Shown in pieces: positions 33,803 through 43,115 of a DNA stretch of 64,000 nucleotides. Origin of the DNA: Pseudomonadota bacterium (GTDB lineage: Bacteria > Myxococcota_A > UBA9160 > SZUA-336); assembly GCA_021295775.1 (NCBI GenBank), contig JAGWBS010000014.1:10199-74198 (forward strand). Reading direction: 5' to 3'. The notes beneath the pieces were generated by a model. It was not told the origin of the DNA and ran no database searches. It worked only from the letters and a program-made list of their open reading frames with translations. Numbering within the stretch: the first letter of the stretch is position 1; each line of letters starts with the position of its first letter. Position numbers and translations under genes: made by a program.

Positions 33803-35967
33803 GGTCTCTCGCTCCCATCCGATGTCCGAGACTCCAATGCCCCAGACTCGCCGGGGGCGGGAATCTCCCGGGCCGACGCCGCGTCGAGCCCGACCGAATA
33901 GACCACCGGCCGCGGCTCGCGGATCCACGCGCCCGCGTGGCGCACCTCCAGCAGCTCGCGCCGGGCCGGGATCTCGATGCGGCTCGACTCGCCCGGCTCC
34001 AGAGTCGCCCGCCGGAAGCCCAGCAGGCGTTTCGGGGGACGCTCGAACGACGACCCCGGGACCGCGCCGTAGAGCTGCACGACCGTCGAGCCCGCCCGCT
34101 CGCCGGCGTTCCGCAGTGTCACCTCGGCGCGGTCGTCCCGCATCTCCGCCGCGTCGATCTCGAAGCGGGTGTAGCCCAGGCCGAAGCCGAAGGGGAGGTG
34201 CGCTTCGACGCCGTTGCGGTCGAGCCACCACTGCCCGTGGAGCAGCTCGTACGTGGCCCGGTCGGCGTCGGGATCGAAGGGCACCAGGTCCGCTTCGCTG
34301 CGCGGAAGCGCGAACGGCAGCCGCCCGCCGGGCTCGGCCGCTCCGCTCAGGACATCCCCGAGCGCGTGGCCGCCCTGCATGCCGGGGTACCAGAGCATCA
34401 GCGCGGCGGAGACGCGCTCCAGCCAGGGCATGACGACCGCGCTCCCTGCGACCACCGCGACCACCACGCGGTCGGAGACGGCGGCGGCCGATTCGATCAG
34501 CGCCTCGTCTTCGGGGTGCAGGCGCAGCGAGCGCCGGTCCCCGCCCGAGACGAACGCTTCGTCCTGGGCCGGGGTCTCGGAAGCGGCCGGTGGCTGCACG
34601 GGCTGCGCGCCGGCCGCGGACGCGAAGACGGGATGGTCGGCCGGCGGGAACAGGTGCGAGAGATTCTCGAACTCGCGCGGGTCGATGTACTCGCCCTCGT
34701 CCTCGGCGCCGTAGCCGACCACCACCAGCGCCAGATCCGCCCCCTCGGCGATCGACGCGTCGCTCTCGGAGTGCCGGACGCGGGCCTCCGGATAGGCCGC
34801 CCTGACGCCGTCGAGCGCGGTGACGACGTCGGGTTGCCGTACGTTGCTGCTGCCCCCGTCTCCCAGGTTCGGCTGGCCGGCGAGCCGGCCGACCACCGCG
34901 ATCGTCCGCACGCCCGCCGGATCCGCGGGCAGGGTCGGACCCCGGTTGCGCAGCAGGACCGTGCAGGCGCTCGCCGCCTCGCGCGCCAGCGCGCGGTGCT
35001 CGGGACAGGCGACGGCCTCGGGCCGCGGCTCCTGCTCTTCCAGGGGCGCGAAGCGCAGCAGCGTTGCGAGCGTTTCGGCGACCCTCCGGTCGACGGCGTC
35101 GATCGACAGCTCTCCGCGCTCGAGCGCCTCCGGCAGCGCGACCGCGCGCTGCTGCCGGTGGGGCATCTCGACGTTGCAGCCGGCTTCGACCGACTTGGCC
35201 GGATCGCGCAAGCCCAGGGTGAAGTCCGTGATCACGAATCCGTCGAAGCCCCACTCCTCGCGCAGGATCGACGTCAGCAGCGTGCGGTTCTCGCCGCACC
35301 ACTCGCCGTTGACGGAGTTGTAGGCGCTCATCGCGCTGGCGACGCCGGCCTCGACCACCCGCTTGAAGTGCGGCAGGTAGACCTCGTGCAGGGCGCGTTC
35401 GCCGGCGCGGACGTCGATCCGGAAGCGGGCGTTCTCGATCGAGTTCAGCGCGAAGTGCTTCATGCACGCCATCACGTGCCGCTGCAGGCCCTGGGTCAGG
35501 GCGGCCGCCATTTCGCCCACGTGGTGCGGGTCCTCTCCGTAGGTCTCCTGCGCGCGGCCCCAGGCGGGGTGCCGCAGCAGGTTCAGGCACACGGCGCCGG
35601 TGTAGTTCGCCCCCTGCGCCCGCAGCTCGAGACCGATCGCGGCGCCGATGCGGCGTTCCAGCTCGGGATCGAAGCTGGCTCCGCGCGCCATCGAGACCGG
35701 GAAGGCCGTCGCCGCGCCGATCACGCAGCCGCGCGGCCCGTCGCCGAAGCGGAAGCCCGGAATCCCCAGCCGCTCGACCCGCGCGGCGGGGAACGGCCGG
35801 GCGTTGTAGTGGTCGGCCAGCTCGACGATTCCGGGCCAGAAGGGAATGTCTCCGTCCAGGCACCCGAGCTTTTCGTCGAGGCTCATGCGGGAGACCAGGG
35901 CCCGCGCCTGCTCGAGCGCGTCGGCTCCGCGGGCGACGCTGGCGGCGGCTTCGGCGAATGCGGACAT
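33799..35967 (-). CDS. glycoside hydrolase family 3 (beta-glucosidase/BglX-like)
   Basis: 722 aa from ATG 35967. 'LDEKLG', 'AVCLNLLRHPAWGRAQETYGEDP', 'KHFALNSIENARF', 'GFDGFVITDF' are GH3 signatures including the catalytic Asp region. Confidence 0.8.
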   Translation of the reverse strand: MSAFAEAAASVARGADALEQARALVSRMSLDEKLGCLDGDIPFWPGIVELADHYNARPFPAARVERLGIPGFRFGDGPRGCVIGAATAFPVSMARGASFDPELERRIGAAIGLELRAQGANYTGAVCLNLLRHPAWGRAQETYGEDPHHVGEMAAALTQGLQRHVMACMKHFALNSIENARFRIDVRAGERALHEVYLPHFKRVVEAGVASAMSAYNSVNGEWCGENRTLLTSILREEWGFDGFVITDFTLGLRDPAKSVEAGCNVEMPHRQQRAVALPEALERGELSIDAVDRRVAETLATLLRFAPLEEQEPRPEAVACPEHRALAREAASACTVLLRNRGPTLPADPAGVRTIAVVGRLAGQPNLGDGGSSNVRQPDVVTALDGVRAAYPEARVRHSESDASIAEGADLALVVVGYGAEDEGEYIDPREFENLSHLFPPADHPVFASAAGAQPVQPPAASETPAQDEAFVSGGDRRSLRLHPEDEALIESAAAVSDRVVVAVVAGSAVVMPWLERVSAALMLWYPGMQGGHALGDVLSGAAEPGGRLPFALPRSEADLVPFDPDADRATYELLHGQWWLDRNGVEAHLPFGFGLGYTRFEIDAAEMRDDRAEVTLRNAGERAGSTVVQLYGAVPGSSFERPPKRLLGFRRATLEPGESSRIEIPARRELLEVRHAGAWIREPRPVVYSVGLDAASAREIPAPGESGALESRTSDGSERP

Positions 35968-36185
35968 GGGATCGGCTCCGGGAGCTCGCGGGGCCGGCCG
36001 GGGACCTCCGCGGCGCCGAGGCAGCCGGCCGGCCCACGGCCCGGTCATGGTGTCAGCCCCGTCGGGGGGCGACAAGCAGCCGCCGGCCGGACTCCGCGGG
36101 ATGGGTCGCGAGGGACGCGGCCCGGGGTGAGACACTTCGCGCCGGGCCGCCGCACGGTTGGCCCGCGGACACGGAGGAGTCGAGC

Positions 36186-36989
36186 GTGGAAGATCTCCAG
36201 GGCAAGGTGGCCGTGGTCACCGGAGGGGCGAGCGGCATCGGCAGCGGAATCTGCCGCGTAATCGCGCGCGAGGGCCTGTCGGTCGTGGTGGCCGATCTCG
36301 ATCTGGAGCGCGCCGGCCGGCTCGCGGGCGAGTTGAGCGGCCAGGGGGCCAAGGCGGTTCCGGCCCAAGTGGATGTCTCCGAGTACGCTTCGGTGGAGGC
36401 GCTGGCCGAACGCGCGCTGGGCGAGTTCGGCGCGGTCGATCTGGTCTGCAACAACGCCGGGGTCTACATCGGCGGACCGATGGACGACCTGACCCCGGAC
36501 GACTGGCGCTGGGTGATGTCGGTCAACCTGGACGGGGTGTTCTACGGCTGCCGGGTGTTCTCCCGGATCCTGCTGGAACAGGGCCGCGGCGGACACATCG
36601 TCAACACCGCCTCGGTCGGAGGATTCCTGAGTCACGGCGAGGGCGCCGCGTACGCCGTCAGCAAGTACGGAGTGGTGGCCCTGTCGGAGTCGCTGAGAGA
36701 GCAGCTCAAGCCCCACGGCATCGGCGTCTCGGCGCTGGCCCCGGGTCCGGTCCGAACCGCGCTTTCCGACTCGGACGAGCGGCGGCCGGAGGCCCTGGCC
36801 GACGCGGGCAACAAGTCGGCCGTGCTGTGGGAATTCATCAAGCACGGCATCGAGCCGGTCGAGGTGGGCGAGTTGGTGCTGCGCGGCGTGCGCGACAACG
36901 CCGCCTACATCTTCACCGATCCGTCCTTCCGCAAGCCGTTCGAGGAGCGCTTCGTCAGGATCCTCAACGACTTCGACCGGCTGGACTGA
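36186..36989 (+). CDS. SDR family oxidoreductase
   Basis: 267 aa from GTG 36186 (GGAGGAG upstream). 'KVAVVTGGASGIGSGI', 'NNAG', 'YAVSKYGVVAL' (YxxxK). Confidence 0.8.
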   Translation: MEDLQGKVAVVTGGASGIGSGICRVIAREGLSVVVADLDLERAGRLAGELSGQGAKAVPAQVDVSEYASVEALAERALGEFGAVDLVCNNAGVYIGGPMDDLTPDDWRWVMSVNLDGVFYGCRVFSRILLEQGRGGHIVNTASVGGFLSHGEGAAYAVSKYGVVALSESLREQLKPHGIGVSALAPGPVRTALSDSDERRPEALADAGNKSAVLWEFIKHGIEPVEVGELVLRGVRDNAAYIFTDPSFRKPFEERFVRILNDFDRLD

Positions 36990-38170
36990 TCCGCCAGGAT
37001 GAAGCGCTCGCGGTACTCGCGGAAGTCCTGCGCGAGCTGCTCCGGCGTGAAGCCGAACTTCTCCGGCGTGTACTCGTGCGGCGGACGATTCTCGCGCCGG
37101 TTCTCGCTCGCCCACCGCGCCACCTGCGCCGCGGCCTCGTCGGTCAGAGGCCGCCCCGTCGCCTGATAGATCTTGCGCACCTGACCCACCGGGTCGGCCG
37201 CGACCTCGCGGTAGTTGATGTCGATGAAGCGGTCCGGGTAGTGACGCTCGCGCATCTCCAGCGCGTGCAGCAGAGCGCGCCGCCAGTTCTCGCCCCAGAG
37301 TTCCCCGCAGCGGACCGGGTCCGGAGCGTCGCAGCCGAGCTGCCACAGGAAGTACTCCAGGCTGCAGTACGACGGGATGGTCTCCAGCGGGTCCCGGTGC
37401 GTCTGCACCACCCGCGCCTCGGGGAAAGTCTCGAAGAGCAGCTCGACGACCCCCAGGTGGTAGGGCGCCTTCAGCACCCAGCTCGTGGCCTCGCTGCCGG
37501 CCCGGCGCTTCTGCCACTGCAGGAAGCGCAGCATCTTCTTCAGGAACTCGTAGGCGGGCCGGCGGTCCTGCTCGCGCTGCCAGCGGCCGAACTCCGGCAC
37601 GTACGCCTGCGCCTCGGGCATCCACACCAGGAAAGTGGACTCCATCAGCATGATCTCTTCGTCCGGCCCCTTCGGGTCCCAGGGATGGGTCGTGGCCAGT
37701 TCCGGCACGGCTTCGAGGGTCAGGCGGATCTCCTCTTCGGCCGCGGCGATGCGCGCGTCGACCCCCGTCCAGTCGTTGTCCGGGAACGGCGCCGGGTGGC
37801 GGCACTCGTACCAGAGCACCGCCAGGCTGGCGGGGTCGCTCGCCAGCAGGCGGTGCAGCATGGTCGTGCCGGTGCGGGGCAGGCCGCAGACCACCACCGG
37901 CACGTGGATCTCCTCGTCCAGGATCTCCGGGTGGCGCGTCAGCCAGTCCTCGATCCTCAGGCGGTTGACCAGCAGGCCCACCGTGCGCTCGCGCTGGGAG
38001 GTGCGTCCCGCTTGGTTGAGGTCCGCCTCGGTCTCGAAGGCGCGCAGCATGTGCCGCATCGGATCCAGGAAGGACTCGTCGCCGAAGTCGGACAGGCCGC
38101 TGCGCTGGCGCGCCTCGGCGACGATGGAGTCCGCATCCAGACTCCGGGGGTCGAAGGACGGTTCGCTCAT
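36905..38170 (-). CDS. sulfotransferase family protein
   Basis: 421 aa. PAPS-binding P-loop-like 'VVCGLPRTGTTMLHRLLA'. 3' end overlaps the convergent SDR by 85 nt. Confidence 0.7.
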   Translation of the reverse strand: MSEPSFDPRSLDADSIVAEARQRSGLSDFGDESFLDPMRHMLRAFETEADLNQAGRTSQRERTVGLLVNRLRIEDWLTRHPEILDEEIHVPVVVCGLPRTGTTMLHRLLASDPASLAVLWYECRHPAPFPDNDWTGVDARIAAAEEEIRLTLEAVPELATTHPWDPKGPDEEIMLMESTFLVWMPEAQAYVPEFGRWQREQDRRPAYEFLKKMLRFLQWQKRRAGSEATSWVLKAPYHLGVVELLFETFPEARVVQTHRDPLETIPSYCSLEYFLWQLGCDAPDPVRCGELWGENWRRALLHALEMRERHYPDRFIDINYREVAADPVGQVRKIYQATGRPLTDEAAAQVARWASENRRENRPPHEYTPEKFGFTPEQLAQDFREYRERFILADQSSRSKSLRILTKRSSNGLRKDGSVKM

Positions 38171-38207
38171 GAATTTCCTCCAGGACTTCGGGGCGCGGCT
38201 CCGGACT

Positions 38208-38846
38208 TCACCACGGCGGAGGCTGCGACCAGGCGTCGATGTAAGTGGTCTCGCTGCTCTTCAGCCGCGGCGTCGGGCCGAAGCGCCCCCGGGGGTAGCC
38301 CAGCGGGATGCAGCCGTGGAACTCTACCTTTTCGGGCACGCCGAAGAGCGCATAGACCCGCTCCATCACCTGCGGATGGAGCGTGGTCAGGGTGGAGCCG
38401 ATGCCCAGCGCGCGCGCCGCCAGCATCAGGTTCTGCATCGCGGGCAGGACCGAGTGTCCCATGCCCGGGTAGATCCCGAAGGCGAGCACCACGACCGGGG
38501 CGTGGCGGATCTCGTCGGCCAGCAGGGCGGCCATGCGGAACACGGAGTCGGCGGGGATGTCCTCGCGCCGCGTCCACGGCCGGCCCTCGTCCCGGCGCTT
38601 GGCCCACCAGGCCTCCCGGTAGAGTTCTCCGAAGGCCTCCACCCGCGCCCGGTCCCGGACCGCCAGGAAGCGGGCCGGCTGCATGTTGCCGCCGTTGGGC
38701 GCCTTGGAGGCGGCGTTCAGCAGGATCTCGAGCTGGGACTCGGGGATCGGGTCGGGCTTGAGCCGGCGCATGGCGCGCTGGGTGAACATCGCTTCGCCGA
38801 GGGACAGCGAAAGCTCGAGCGGCGGATCGAGTCGGACTTCGCTCAT
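38208..38846 (-). CDS. nitroreductase family protein
   Basis: 212 aa. 'TQRAMRRLKPDPIPESQLEILLNAASKAPNGGNMQPARFLAV' is a typical nitroreductase N-terminus. Confidence 0.8.
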   Translation of the reverse strand: MSEVRLDPPLELSLSLGEAMFTQRAMRRLKPDPIPESQLEILLNAASKAPNGGNMQPARFLAVRDRARVEAFGELYREAWWAKRRDEGRPWTRREDIPADSVFRMAALLADEIRHAPVVVLAFGIYPGMGHSVLPAMQNLMLAARALGIGSTLTTLHPQVMERVYALFGVPEKVEFHGCIPLGYPRGRFGPTPRLKSSETTYIDAWSQPPPW

Positions 38847-38952
38847 GCGCCCCTATTCTGCACCGCCGAGCCCTGCCTGACACACGCGGCGCTCCTCCCC
38901 GGTCCCCGGGGAGCCCGGGCCGGCGGGGGCGCGCGTGACGTATGGTGTCGGC

Positions 38953-39794
38953 ATGGATCGGGGTGTGGCCTTCGTAACGGGGGCGAGCCGGGGGATCGGC
39001 CGGGCCGTCTGTCTGGCTCTGGCGGACGCCGGCTTCGACATCGTGGCCTCAGCCCGCAGCCTGCGCGAGGGCGAAAGCCCCGACCGCGCCCCCGAGGGGA
39101 ATCCGTTTCCCGCCCGCTGCGAGCGGACGGAGGGCGCGGGCGGCGCGCCCTGGCGCTGCCCCTCGACCTGTGCGACCGGAGCTCCGCGGTCGCGGCGCTG
39201 GAGCGGGCGCTCGACGAGTGGGGTCGGATCGACGTGCTGGTCAACAACGCGGTGTACGTCGAGCCGGCCTCGACCGTGCCCCTGCTGGAAGCGGACCCGG
39301 AAGGACTGCTGCGCCTGCTGGACGCCAACGTCGTCACCCAGACCGTCCTGGCGCAGCGCGCGGCCGAGCACATGCTCGACCGCGGCGGCGGCCGGATCGT
39401 CAACATGGTGTCGATCTCGGGGCGCGAGGACCCGCGCGGTCCCGCGGGCCAGGGCGGCTGGGCCTACGGCTACGCGATCCACAAGGCGGCGCTGATGCGC
39501 ATGGCGGGCGTGCTCCAGGTCGAGCTGGGAGAGCGCGGGATCGTCGCCTTCAGCCTGGAGCCCGGCGGGGTCCTGACCGAGGCCGTCAAGTCGATGTTCC
39601 CGCTCGACGTGCTCAAGAAAACCTTCGAGCGGGGGGACTATCTGGTCACCGAGGACGTTCCCGCCCAGGCCGTCGTCTGGCTGGCCAGCGCTCCCGAGGC
39701 GGCCGAGCTCTCCGGCCGGATCATCGACGCCGAGACCCTGTGCCGCGAACGCGGCCTGCTGCCCGACGACCGAATCGTGATGCAGCTCGACTGA
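38953..39794 (+). pseudogene. SDR family oxidoreductase with an apparent +1/-1 frameshift near 39140-39160
   Basis: N-terminal 'MDRGVAFVTGASRGIGRAVCLALADAGFDIVASARSLREGE' is in frame 1 (ORF 38935..39495). It continues in frame 0 (tail of ORF 37635..39794) as 'RALALPLDLCDRSSAVAALERALDEWGRIDVLVNNAV...AYGYAIHKAAL...'. The break lies in the GC run gcgggcggcgcgccctggcg. Confidence 0.5.
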
Positions 39795-39817
39795 GCGGGA
39801 GGAGGAGTCCGAAGGAT

Positions 39818-42172
39818 TCAGTCGGGCAGGCCGTGGCCGATCACCCGGGTCACGCCGCGCTCGGCCAGGGCGGCGATGCGGGCGTCGTCGTAGCCCAGCT
39901 CGCGCAGCACGGCCGTCGTGCGGGCGCCCAGTTCGCCGGCCGGACGGACCGGGGTGGGGCCGTCCCCGAACTCGATCGCCGGGCCGGCGCGCCAGGAGCG
40001 CGGCGTGCCGGGCTGGGCGGCCTCCACCGCGACGCGGTTTTCGCGGCAGTGCGGGTGGCCGAGCATGAAGTCCTCGTGTTCGATGCCGTCGGCGCGCACG
40101 GCGGGAACTCCGGCCTGCCGCAGGCGCGACTCCCACTCGTCCGCGGGACGCCGGGCGAAACGGGCGGCCAGTTCACGGGCCAGTTCGGCGTCGTTCCGCC
40201 CGCGCGCGGGCGGGTCGGCGAAGCGGGGATCCTGGGCCAGCCCCGGATCGACGCCCGCGCACAGCGCCCGCCACTCGCGCGGGCGGTGGCACTCCAGATA
40301 GATCCAGCCGTCGGCGGTCGGGTAGAGGCGGTGCAGCGCCCCGAAGCCGTGCTGTCCGCGGTCGGGCATGCGGTCCTGCTTGCCCGGGTACTGCAGGCTC
40401 CACTCCGACACCGCGTAGGCCATCGAGGTCAGCATGGTGGTCTCGACGTACTGGCCTTTTCCCGTGCGTTCGCGGGCGTGCAGGCCGACCAGCGCGCAGG
40501 CGGCGGTCGCCAGAGCGGCGGCCGGGTCCGCGAAGGTCCGGTTCCGCGGCGGGTTGTCCCGGCCCGACTCGATGATCCCGCAGCCGCAGATGGCGTTCGG
40601 CGAGGAATGGAAGCCGGCCTTGTGCGACCAGGGACCGGCGCTGCCAAAGCACGATCCGTACACGTAGACCAGCCGCGGGTTGAGCGCGTTCAGCGTCGCG
40701 TAGTCGATCCGCAGACGCTCCGGTGTACCGGGGCGGAAGTTGTGGATGAACAGGTCCGCGCTCCGGACCAGTTCGTGGACGATCTCGCGCCCCTCAGGAG
40801 TCTTGAGGTCGACCGCCACCGACTCCTTGCCGACCATCGCCTTGGACCAGGTCCGGGTCCAGTTGCGGCGCCCCGGGTCGCCCGCGCTCGGCTCGATCTT
40901 GATCACGCGGGCGCCGGCCTCGGCCAGCAACGTGGCGGCGAAGGGCGTGGCGTAGAAGTAGCCGCACTCGACGATCGTGACGCCTTGCAGCGGGCCGCCG
41001 ACGGGGTCCGCGTCTGCCGGGGCGGATCCCTCGTCGCTGCCCGCCACCCTCTCCTTCGCCGCGGCCTCGAGCAGCTCGGCGGTGTGTTCGCCGAGGCGCG
41101 GCGCGGGCGCGCCGATCTCCGCGGGCGTCGCGGAGAAGCGGGCCAGCGGACCGACCTGCAGGGTGCGGCCGACCTCCGGGTCGATCACCTCCCGGGCGCG
41201 GCCGTTGAGCGCGGTCTGCGGGTGTTCGAGGAACTCGGCCGCGGTCAGGAACGGATCGCCCCCGATGTCGTTGGCGGAGAAGATCTCCATCCACTCGTCC
41301 GCGCTGCGCTCGCGCATCTTTTCGCGGATCCGCTCGATGACCTCCCGCATGCGCTCCTCGCTGGGGAACAGGTCCGGCATGTGCCGGAGATCGGGGGCGT
41401 CGAGCAGCTCTTCGAGTCCCAGCGCCTTGAGCCAGTTCCGGTAGAGGTGCGGCTGGCGGCTGCACATCTGGATGAAGCGCCCGTCGCGCGTCGGGGCGGT
41501 CATGAACGCGACCTCCATCACCCCGAAGACCTGGCCGGGCTTGACTTGGTGGGTGCGGTTGCCCGGACCGAGCGTCATGTCGTAGACGGACAGGGCGGCC
41601 AGCAGGCTGGTGTGCAGGCGCTGGCCGGGCCCGCTGCGCCCGCGCCGCCAGAGCGCCGCGAGCAGGCCCTGGGCGGCGAGCATGCCGGCGCCGTAGCTGG
41701 CGATCGGGACCGGCGTGAAGATCGGTCCCTTGCGGAACCCCGGCTGGGCGTGCATCCGCCCGGCGCGGGCGGACACGATGCCTTCGTAGCCGGGCAGGTC
41801 GCGCAGCTCCCCGCGCTCGCCGAAGCCGCTGATCGAGGCGTAGACCAGCCGCGGGCAGCGGGGGCGCAGCGTCCGGTAGTCGATCCCCAGCCGCGCGGCC
41901 GCGCCCGGGCGCAGGCACTCGATCATTCCGTCCGCGCCGGCCGCCAGCCGGACGAAGTTTTCGCGCCCGCCGGATTCGCGCAGATCGAGCACGACGCTCT
42001 GCTTGCCGCGGTGCCACACCCGAAAGCCCGGACGCCCGCGGTCGGGGTCGCCGCCGGGCGGCTCGACCTTGACCAGCTCGGCGCCGTTCTCGGCCAGCAC
42101 CATGCCCGCCATGGCGCCGGCCGCGCCCGAGCCGACCTCCAGGATCCGCAGTCCGTTGAGTGCCGCAGGCAT
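39818..42172 (-). CDS. tandem-fused family III CoA-transferase (two CaiB/BaiF domains, 784 aa)
   Basis: ATG 42172. Domain 1 'LRILEVGSGAAGAMAGMVLAENGAELVKVEPPGGDP'. Domain 2 'VTIVECGYFYATPFAATLLAEAGARVIKIEPSAGDP'. Upstream 315 codons of the listed ORF are shadow. Confidence 0.8.
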   Translation of the reverse strand: MPAALNGLRILEVGSGAAGAMAGMVLAENGAELVKVEPPGGDPDRGRPGFRVWHRGKQSVVLDLRESGGRENFVRLAAGADGMIECLRPGAAARLGIDYRTLRPRCPRLVYASISGFGERGELRDLPGYEGIVSARAGRMHAQPGFRKGPIFTPVPIASYGAGMLAAQGLLAALWRRGRSGPGQRLHTSLLAALSVYDMTLGPGNRTHQVKPGQVFGVMEVAFMTAPTRDGRFIQMCSRQPHLYRNWLKALGLEELLDAPDLRHMPDLFPSEERMREVIERIREKMRERSADEWMEIFSANDIGGDPFLTAAEFLEHPQTALNGRAREVIDPEVGRTLQVGPLARFSATPAEIGAPAPRLGEHTAELLEAAAKERVAGSDEGSAPADADPVGGPLQGVTIVECGYFYATPFAATLLAEAGARVIKIEPSAGDPGRRNWTRTWSKAMVGKESVAVDLKTPEGREIVHELVRSADLFIHNFRPGTPERLRIDYATLNALNPRLVYVYGSCFGSAGPWSHKAGFHSSPNAICGCGIIESGRDNPPRNRTFADPAAALATAACALVGLHARERTGKGQYVETTMLTSMAYAVSEWSLQYPGKQDRMPDRGQHGFGALHRLYPTADGWIYLECHRPREWRALCAGVDPGLAQDPRFADPPARGRNDAELARELAARFARRPADEWESRLRQAGVPAVRADGIEHEDFMLGHPHCRENRVAVEAAQPGTPRSWRAGPAIEFGDGPTPVRPAGELGARTTAVLRELGYDDARIAALAERGVTRVIGHGLPD

Positions 42173-42211
42173 GCGCTGGCATAGTCTCCCGGATCTTCGA
42201 GGGGTGGCGCA

Positions 42212-43108
42212 ATGAGCGAGCGAGAGCGGCCCGTGCGCAGCCTGCTTTTCGTGCCGGGCAATCGCGAGTCCTGGATGCGCAAGGCCCTCGGCCTGGACGC
42301 CGACGCGCTGGTCTTCGATCTGGAGAGCGCCACGCCGAGCGGCCGGGCGGACGAGGCGCGATCGCTGGTGCGCGGCGTGCTCGACACGCCGCGGCCCGAG
42401 CGGCCGCTGCTCTTCGTCCGCGTGCGCGACGCCCGCTCCGCGGAACTGGAGGGCGACCTCGAAGCGGTCGTCTGCGAGGGTCTGAGCGGCGTCCTGCTGC
42501 CGCAGGTCATCGGCCCCGAGGATGTCCGCCGCCTCGACCAGGCCCTCGGCCGCCGCGAGCGCGAAGCCGGGCTGGAGCCGGGGCGGACCCTGGTGATGCC
42601 GCTGGTCGAGACGGCCCAGGCGGCGCGGCAGGCGTACGAGATCGCGCTCGCCAGCCCGCGGATCGCCTACATGGGCGGGGGAGTGTCGCGCAACGGGGAC
42701 ATCGCCCGCTCGCTCGGCTACCGCTGGACCCCCGAAGGCCTGGAGACCCTCTTCCTGCGCTCCAAAGTCCTGCTGGACGTGCGCGCGGCGGGCGTCTTCA
42801 ACCCGATCAGCGGGCTCTGGGGCGCGGTCGAAGACCTGGAAGGGCTGCGCGCGTTCGCCGAGCAGTCGCGCGATCTCGGCTACCAGGGACTGATGGCGAT
42901 CCATCCCTCGCACCTCGACGTCATCCACCAGGTGTTCACGCCCAGCGGCGAGGAGATCGACGAGTGGCGACGAGTGATCGCGGAACTCGAGGCGGCCGAA
43001 GGCGAGGGCCGGGGCGCCATCCGGCTCGACGGACGCCTGATCGACCACGCCCACGCCGAGACGGCGCGGCGCCAGCTGGAATGGGCGCGAAAGCTCGGGT
43101 TGATATGA
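42212..43108 (+). CDS. HpcH/HpaI aldolase / citrate-lyase beta subunit (CitE)-like acyl-CoA lyase
   Basis: 298 aa. 'RSLLFVPGNRESWMRKALGLDADALVFDLE' is the CitE-family N-terminus. Confidence 0.8.
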   Translation: MSERERPVRSLLFVPGNRESWMRKALGLDADALVFDLESATPSGRADEARSLVRGVLDTPRPERPLLFVRVRDARSAELEGDLEAVVCEGLSGVLLPQVIGPEDVRRLDQALGRREREAGLEPGRTLVMPLVETAQAARQAYEIALASPRIAYMGGGVSRNGDIARSLGYRWTPEGLETLFLRSKVLLDVRAAGVFNPISGLWGAVEDLEGLRAFAEQSRDLGYQGLMAIHPSHLDVIHQVFTPSGEEIDEWRRVIAELEAAEGEGRGAIRLDGRLIDHAHAETARRQLEWARKLGLI

Positions 43109-43115
43109 TCGGCGC

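Noticed and set aside
37635-39100. 5' part of the 719-aa ORF 37635..39794
   Set aside because: Arg/Gly/Ser-rich shadow antisense to the sulfotransferase and nitroreductase genes. Only the last ~215 codons are real, as the C-terminal part of the frameshifted SDR.
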